Shown here one piece after another: positions 58,761 through 64,000 of a DNA stretch of 64,000 nt. The DNA is taken from the sequence record MK774614.2; one strand, 5' to 3'. The translations under genes were made by a program, and so were the position numbers. The notes beneath the pieces were generated by a model, which was not told where the DNA came from, did not search any database, and was given only the letters and a program-made list of their open reading frames with translations. Position 1 is the stretch's first letter. Each line of letters starts with the position of its first letter.

Positions 58761-59357
58761 ATGGCAAGTAATCGGCGGTTAGTCAACATCACTAGAAGAA
58801 CATTTTTAAAAGGAGAGTATGACTTATCTGCTATCTCGTTTCAATTTCTATTAAACGAATTTGACAGTATAAGGCGCAACGAAGAAGATCAATGTATTAA
58901 ACGAGTTTGGATACGAGCAAAGATCACTATCTTCTTAGGAGGTGCCATTATCATTATCCATGAAAATGATCTGGTTTGTCCTAAGTTATCCATAGAAGAC
59001 TTTGAACGTAAGTTAACAGTGATCTCAGAGGTCGTAGGAAACGCTATAACAGCGTTGGAGAGTTCTGATAAGGAAACACCAAGGTTTGTTGACAAACGCT
59101 TTCTAAACGCATCTGAGGGCATTTCTGATCTATACACATCCACGATTGCGATTACCATGACTGAAACCCACGGTGTCAGTTTTGAAATTAGCTCGTGTGA
59201 TGTTAAGAGCAGGATTGCGCTTTACGGTAAAACTGCTCAACTAAAGTTCTTTCGTAAATTTAAGGGCTTTATTGATACCTGTATTGAGGACGTGAGTAAA
59301 GCACGAGTCGCCTTTGCTGATGAACTTCAATTAGATAAAGAAAGCAGATTACAATAA
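58761..59357 (+). CDS. Hypothetical protein
   Basis: ATG 58761 after AGG; the longer 58698 start overlaps the terminator. Confidence 0.6.
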   Translation: MASNRRLVNITRRTFLKGEYDLSAISFQFLLNEFDSIRRNEEDQCIKRVWIRAKITIFLGGAIIIIHENDLVCPKLSIEDFERKLTVISEVVGNAITALESSDKETPRFVDKRFLNASEGISDLYTSTIAITMTETHGVSFEISSCDVKSRIALYGKTAQLKFFRKFKGFIDTCIEDVSKARVAFADELQLDKESRLQ

Positions 59358-59363
59358 CCATTA

Positions 59364-59395
59364 GGTTAGGTCGGGACTTCGGTCTTGATCTAACC
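59364..59395 (+). terminator. Terminator with cUUCGg tetraloop
   Basis: ggttaggtcgggac-ttcg-gtcttgatctaacc. Confidence 0.7.
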
Positions 59396-59435
59396 ATTTA
59401 ACAACACTCATAATAATTTTGTTTTAACATGATGG

Positions 59436-59455
59436 GGTTTTCAAACCTATATTAC
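59436..59455 (+). promoter_or_regulatory. Putative phage early promoter
   Basis: gttttcaaacctatattac with exact TATATTAC core. Confidence 0.75.
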
Positions 59456-59536
59456 CAAAGTGTAATCTACTTTAAGGTATTAGCGGACTTTGAGTTAGAA
59501 CCCTATTAATTAACAAATGAACAAAGGACTTTCTGT

Positions 59537-60070
59537 ATGAAAACATTACTTCTGGCTTTTCTGATGATGCTGGTCACTGGTGCGGTAAAGGCAACCACCT
59601 TGGACAACATTGGCTGGGTCCCGACAAAACAAGCTGAAAATGGCAAGGTGATGAAAATCACCAACATGGGTCTGCGGGGCGGAATGATCAGTGTGGGGTG
59701 TGAGAAAGAAGGAGATCCGTTGAAGATCGCCTTTACTCGGGCCAACAACTCTCCCTCTGATATGTTCATTGTTGAACTGATGAACAAGGAGGGGAATGAT
59801 AAAGGTAACTATGTCCGGGCCTATGGGCTTAAAAGCATGTCTCCTATCGCAACACTGAAACAGATCGAACTGAGCACTCAAGGTTTTGTAGTAAGTTTCT
59901 ATGAAGAAGGGGCGCTTGATCAGTTTTATCAATACCGTGCTAAAAAGGAAGGGGTCAAAATTCCTGTTCCTATTGGTGCTGAAAAGTTTGCAGGTCACGA
60001 AGAAGTAAAAGCCTATACTGATCAGATTCGTGAAGTCTGTACTGATCACTTGGGTGCACCTAACCTGTAA
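59537..60070 (+). CDS. Exported two-Cys protein, copy 1
   Basis: Signal peptide ...GAVKA; Cys in VGCEK and EVCTD. Confidence 0.8.
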   Translation: MKTLLLAFLMMLVTGAVKATTLDNIGWVPTKQAENGKVMKITNMGLRGGMISVGCEKEGDPLKIAFTRANNSPSDMFIVELMNKEGNDKGNYVRAYGLKSMSPIATLKQIELSTQGFVVSFYEEGALDQFYQYRAKKEGVKIPVPIGAEKFAGHEEVKAYTDQIREVCTDHLGAPNL

Positions 60071-60078
60071 ATCCTGAT

Positions 60079-60110
60079 CCTAACACCGTCCCGGGAGTGG
60101 CGGTGTTAGG
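60079..60110 (+). terminator. Intrinsic terminator
   Basis: cctaacaccg/cggtgttagg stem plus gtttt. Confidence 0.7.
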
Positions 60111-60138
60111 GTTTTATTTAGTAGTAGAAATTTAAGTT

Positions 60139-60163
60139 CCATAATTTTTCAGTCTAATATAAC
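60139..60163 (+). promoter_or_regulatory. Putative phage early promoter (variant)
   Basis: ccataatttttcagtctaatataac. Confidence 0.55.
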
Positions 60164-60227
60164 CGTATTGACTGAATAGGCCTTGCGGCGTTTGTGTTTT
60201 TAACCCTGTTGAAAATTGGAGTTTACT

Positions 60228-60866
60228 ATGAAAACCATTAAACACTGTATCGAAATGTTCATCACGTTCTTTCTGGGTTGGTTGTTTTGCTTCTCGGCGC
60301 AAGCAGCCAGCTATGACATGGAACCTGCGCTGGATTACACGCTAAAATCTGCTGTAAGCTATCAGGTTAACACCAGTCAAACCCCAACCGGGCATCATAA
60401 GTTTGAAGTGGTGTTGGAAGACGTGGATGGCGAAAAACAGTCTTTTGCATTTTATTGTGTGAAAGGCAGTCGAACTTTGGTGGCGCGTTATAACGCTAAA
60501 GATGTCCATGGCGAGTACAGTAACTGGGCCAGCGACATTGCTATTCAATGGTATCCTGACAGTGCGCTCAAAGCACGTGAGCTGTTCATGGAACAAGACA
60601 AGGACATCCTGATCGTAGGACGAACCAATACCAACTTGCGTCAAACCTTTGCGGATTTGCGTAATCACGGTGTGGGTCGTTTTGCTTTTGTTGCTTATAA
60701 CAATGGCATGAATGGTCAGATCACAACCAACGTGATCTCCTTTACCATGTCGCCCAAAATGGCCGATGAGATGTCTAAGAAGATGATGGCATTGGATTAC
60801 GGTCAAGCGTGTGATGAAGCCACTGGTCCTAATGCAGTGACCAGTGACGTTGGTCAGGTTCATTAA
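60228..60866 (+). CDS. Exported two-Cys protein, copy 2
   Basis: GGAG RBS; signal peptide ...FSAQA; Cys in FYCVK and QACDE. Confidence 0.8.
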   Translation: MKTIKHCIEMFITFFLGWLFCFSAQAASYDMEPALDYTLKSAVSYQVNTSQTPTGHHKFEVVLEDVDGEKQSFAFYCVKGSRTLVARYNAKDVHGEYSNWASDIAIQWYPDSALKARELFMEQDKDILIVGRTNTNLRQTFADLRNHGVGRFAFVAYNNGMNGQITTNVISFTMSPKMADEMSKKMMALDYGQACDEATGPNAVTSDVGQVH

Positions 60867-60874
60867 ACCCGTCT

Positions 60875-60904
60875 GTTCCTTACTCCTAAGCAGGAGTAAG
60901 GAAC
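60875..60904 (+). terminator. Intrinsic terminator
   Basis: 13-bp stem gttccttactcct/aggagtaaggaac. Confidence 0.7.
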
Positions 60905-60923
60905 GTTATTTTAGGAGTACATC

Positions 60924-61472
60924 ATGAAACTGTTTTTATTTGTTTTGGCAATGTTTTCAATCGGAATGGTGAAAGCCTCTGATACTGCTTTGGTTGAAAT
61001 CCAAGTAGATAAGCTTCAAGGCGGAACGTCCCTGATGATCGGGATGGAAGCGGAAGATCGTTCTATCCAAGCGCTGGGCTTTAGTTGCATCAAAGCGACT
61101 GAGCTTTATGACAATCAGTATGCGCTGACGTATGTCCTGAAAGATCTGAACAATCAACCGGTGAAAGCAGGGATCGACAGCTTTAAAGTCTATCGGGTTG
61201 ATACTGGTGAAAAGACCTTTGGATTGACCCCCGAGAAAAAGGTGTTGTTGTTTGACAGTAAAGTCGATACCAGTCTTCGCAACTTTACTCAGCGACTGAC
61301 CTATCAACCCAAAGAGAGTTTTATCTATTTTGAACTTCACAATTCAACAACAGATGAAACTATCTATACCAAACGACTCTCCAGCAAATCCATTGCGATG
61401 CAATCGCTGAAATACGATCTGTCAGATTGCGCTGATGTTCTGCCCAGTGTATCCGATTGGGGTCCACATTAA
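60924..61472 (+). CDS. Exported two-Cys protein, copy 3
   Basis: AGGAG RBS; signal peptide ...GMVKA; Cys in FSCIK and SDCAD. Confidence 0.8.
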   Translation: MKLFLFVLAMFSIGMVKASDTALVEIQVDKLQGGTSLMIGMEAEDRSIQALGFSCIKATELYDNQYALTYVLKDLNNQPVKAGIDSFKVYRVDTGEKTFGLTPEKKVLLFDSKVDTSLRNFTQRLTYQPKESFIYFELHNSTTDETIYTKRLSSKSIAMQSLKYDLSDCADVLPSVSDWGPH

Positions 61473-61535
61473 GAAATCCACTAGGAGATATGGGCTGTTC
61501 TCCTAATTTATTGTTATCTGTTAGGAGTAACTACC

Positions 61536-61697
61536 ATGAGTTCACATGTTAAAGTCGCCCTTGTTTGGGTGGGGATTATTTACATTTGCTTGGCTATTCG
61601 TCTGGTTCCGGATTCAACTCACTGGGTAAACGATCAACTGGTGCTTCCACATTGGACATCTGCACCGATTGTTCAATACGTGATCGAACACTTGTAG
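61536..61697 (+). CDS. Small membrane protein (53 aa)
   Basis: AGGAG RBS; MSSHVKVALVWVGIIYICLAIRL...; not in the ORF track. Confidence 0.6.
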   Translation: MSSHVKVALVWVGIIYICLAIRLVPDSTHWVNDQLVLPHWTSAPIVQYVIEHL

Positions 61698-61706
61698 GAG
61701 AATACA

Positions 61707-61931
61707 GTGCGTGTTGATCGTCGTACAAGGCGGTATTTGATTTTGATTGTCAAGTACCGTCTTGGATTAATATCCAAGCAAAGAAAACTGGTTGAGACAC
61801 TTCGTTTAACAATTGTACCAACTAAGGTAACGCCTATTTGGTATTACCTGGTTCGAGAGATTGTTGATGGACATCGGGATAAGTTAAATTATTATAACGC
61901 TGTTAAGTATAGTTCTGTTACTCACTTTTAG
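61707..61931 (+). CDS. Small basic hypothetical protein
   Basis: AGGAG RBS, GTG start, 74 aa. Confidence 0.55.
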   Translation: MRVDRRTRRYLILIVKYRLGLISKQRKLVETLRLTIVPTKVTPIWYYLVREIVDGHRDKLNYYNAVKYSSVTHF

Positions 61932-61949
61932 ATAAAGAAGGATTTTGTT

Positions 61950-62612
61950 ATGAAGAAAGTAATCGCAGCCTGGGTTGTTGTTATCTCTTTGTTGGGCGGT
62001 GTTGTTTATGCCACCAATGCACATCGTCAAGAAACGGTAGACACACTGGTTACAAAAGTGGATCTTTCCGAGCAAGCAAAAATGCAATGGGAAGAATCTC
62101 GAACTCAACTGCTCGGTGCACCGATTACGGGATTGGACATTGACTCCCCTGTCGTTCGGTTTAACTATCCAGATCAAATGGGGTTGATCCTGAACATCCA
62201 AAATAAGCATTCGGATATTCGGGGGGCACTGAGCTGCGATGCACGAACGGGGACGTACGATTATGGTTATGAACACGGGACATTGGAAGGAAGTGATGTT
62301 CCCACTGATTTTGCCATTATCGTTTATAAAGAAGGGACGGATATCATTTATGAAAATGACCTCAGACGTCTCCCAATCTTCTCCAGTTCGCGCGGAGATA
62401 CCAATCTTAAGGAAGCCCTGGATTCTATTAAGAAATTGCCTGACGGCGATCTGGTGAGCTTTGTGGTAGAACACACAGGTAGCGATTACCTGACAAGTAC
62501 AGTTGGATGGGGACCGACATTTACTGTTAAAGAGTTTAAACAGGTGTTAAAGAAAGTCAACTTCGCTCCTTGCGAAGAAGTCGAACTTGTTTCTCCTCCT
62601 ACTGTGCTTTGA
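61950..62612 (+). CDS. Exported two-Cys protein, copy 4
   Basis: Signal peptide ...GVVYA; Cys in LSCDA and APCEE. Confidence 0.8.
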   Translation: MKKVIAAWVVVISLLGGVVYATNAHRQETVDTLVTKVDLSEQAKMQWEESRTQLLGAPITGLDIDSPVVRFNYPDQMGLILNIQNKHSDIRGALSCDARTGTYDYGYEHGTLEGSDVPTDFAIIVYKEGTDIIYENDLRRLPIFSSSRGDTNLKEALDSIKKLPDGDLVSFVVEHTGSDYLTSTVGWGPTFTVKEFKQVLKKVNFAPCEEVELVSPPTVL

Positions 62613-62618
62613 TCACGG

Positions 62619-62645
62619 GTTACCCTAGGTTATTCCTAGGGTAAC
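62619..62645 (+). terminator. Terminator hairpin
   Basis: gttaccctagg/cctagggtaac. Confidence 0.65.
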
Positions 62646-62674
62646 TTCATCCTATATTTTGTTTTGTTTAAGCT

Positions 62675-62699
62675 CTATAAATTTTGAGTCTAATATAAT
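62675..62699 (+). promoter_or_regulatory. Putative phage early promoter (variant)
   Basis: ctataaattttgagtctaatataat. Confidence 0.6.
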
Positions 62700-62729
62700 T
62701 ATTGTGTAATCTCACACAAGGATATTGTT

Positions 62730-63458
62730 ATGCAACACTTCAATTCTGAAATCAGCTTAGTAAACACTTATATTAATAAGTTTGATAAGTTGTTTGAAGG
62801 TCTGGTTAAGCGGGACTTGTTGGTTTACTGTACCGAAAGTATTTCCATGAACGATCCTGCGCATCACTTAGGGCATGTGTACGATGTTTGCCAACAAGGT
62901 AAAGCCATTGCGCACTCGTTGGATTTTCATGAAAGTGACATGAAGCTGGTTTATCTGGCCTGCCTATTTCATGATCTGGGGTGTCGATTTGAGCGTGAAT
63001 TCCATCATCTGATAGGGTATGGATTGACCTATGATCTCTTGCACCGTTTTTGCCGTGGTGAGTTTTCTGAACAAGAAACATTGATCATTGCAACTGCGGT
63101 CCTTGAGCATCGTTCTTCTAATAAGAAGAAACCGTCCAACCGTATTTCTGAAGTGGTCAGTGTAGCGGATTCCGGTCGTCCTGAAATCAGCACTTACATC
63201 AAACGGTGTATTCAATTTCGTTTGCATCGTGGGGATTATCGAGACGGTGAAGATACATCCAAGTTCTTTGGTGATGTCAAGAATCACTTGCGTGAGAAAT
63301 TTGGATCAACAGGCTACCACTGGAATAGTTACCCTGATTTGGGTATGACGTTCTTTTACGAAGAGTGGAAGAACTTCAGTTATTTCCTACAAGAAGAGAA
63401 CGAGAGCGAACTTGACGCGCTGGTCGTAGCACAGTTTAATAAAGTGCTGAGGGGTTAA
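62730..63458 (+). CDS. HD-domain phosphohydrolase
   Basis: HHLGHV, ACLFHDLG, HH--G, EHR, VADS metal-ligand pattern. Confidence 0.85.
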   Translation: MQHFNSEISLVNTYINKFDKLFEGLVKRDLLVYCTESISMNDPAHHLGHVYDVCQQGKAIAHSLDFHESDMKLVYLACLFHDLGCRFEREFHHLIGYGLTYDLLHRFCRGEFSEQETLIIATAVLEHRSSNKKKPSNRISEVVSVADSGRPEISTYIKRCIQFRLHRGDYRDGEDTSKFFGDVKNHLREKFGSTGYHWNSYPDLGMTFFYEEWKNFSYFLQEENESELDALVVAQFNKVLRG

Positions 63459-63459
63459 C

Positions 63460-63915
63460 ATGCTCCCGACAATCATTAGCTATCTTTGGGTCTTGGCAAT
63501 CCTGTTTGTGGGATTGCTTATTTTTGTTGGACTGTGGAAGTTCCTGTGGTTTAATCTGAAAGAGTGCGATTATGCATTCCGTTGGCATGGACTGTGGCGA
63601 AACAGTTTTTACGTAGCAGTGGGGAAGGAAAATACCAATAACTGTTACGGGATTAACATTCGTTATCACTCTAATGCTCGCGTATTAAAGATCAGACGCA
63701 TCTTGGATAAAAGTTTTGCATTGGACATTCCTATTGGGATTGACTTCATTACTTTTGCCCAGTACGTTAAAACACTGGATGTCAACAAATACCCCTCTAA
63801 TCGAATCCTGTTAGGGATTGTTGATGAAAGTCAATTGATCCCATTGGGTTTGAACGAGAAAGAGATGAGTTCATTTCATCAATTTAAAGAACAATTGCTA
63901 AAGGTCGCTTTTTAA
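63460..63915 (+). CDS. N-terminally membrane-anchored protein
   Basis: N-terminal TM helix; GAGG RBS. Confidence 0.7.
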   Translation: MLPTIISYLWVLAILFVGLLIFVGLWKFLWFNLKECDYAFRWHGLWRNSFYVAVGKENTNNCYGINIRYHSNARVLKIRRILDKSFALDIPIGIDFITFAQYVKTLDVNKYPSNRILLGIVDESQLIPLGLNEKEMSSFHQFKEQLLKVAF

Positions 63916-63947
63916 TAAGCCGTGTGTTTTGTTCACAGAACAAATAA

Positions 63948-63981
63948 AGAGAGTAGCATCCCAATTGGGATGCTACTCTCT
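63948..63981. terminator. Terminator hairpin
   Basis: 16-bp perfect stem agagagtagcatccca/tgggatgctactctct. Confidence 0.75.
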
Positions 63982-64000
63982 ACTTGTTATTTACTTTTGT

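Noticed and set aside
247-62645. CCTAGG shared by several hairpins (247, 29681, 62619) as a mobile repeat family
   Set aside because: Similarity is limited to a short palindrome inside otherwise different terminator stems.
1-64000. CRISPR array, tRNA or rRNA genes
   Set aside because: No regularly spaced repeats and no cloverleaf or rRNA-like stretch seen by eye; the repeated intergenic motif is dispersed and promoter-like. A tRNAscan run would be definitive.
1-64000. Stop-codon reassignment
   Set aside because: Long conserved genes are open in the standard code, and TAA, TAG and TGA all end genes at expected positions.

Overview
This is a 64-kb, AT-rich, densely coding segment of a phiKZ-related jumbo phage. 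A GroEL-like chaperonin and a modular GH19 endolysin point to the phiEL/OBP-like branch (inferred from gene content, not a database search). The left part (1-20.3 kb) and right end (57.5-64 kb) are plus-strand early/accessory modules. They carry a repeated TATATTAC-type promoter and long hairpin terminators. They encode ThyA, DHFR, thymidine kinase, CYTH, HAD, HD and GNAT enzymes, ClpP-like, HslV/Ntn-like and GroEL-like proteins, a minimal protein-kinase-like ORF, and a tandem set of exported two-cysteine proteins. The centre holds core genes: virion proteins, an RNase H-fold protein, an SNF2-type helicase, a UvsX/RecA-like ATPase, three virion RNA polymerase subunits, a 2354-aa tail protein with a GH19 domain, the endolysin and the prohead protease. 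Three self-splicing elements explain otherwise broken genes. A 257-nt ORF-less group I intron (48003-48259) splits the catalytic DFDG/D motif of the beta-prime subunit. A 403-nt ORF-less group I intron (51665-52067) interrupts the adjacent beta subunit. A 358-aa Ala1 class-3-type LAGLIDADG intein (26924-27997, minus strand) sits in the helicase Walker A motif. I found no tRNA, rRNA or CRISPR array. All calls were made by eye from motifs, base pairing and synteny.
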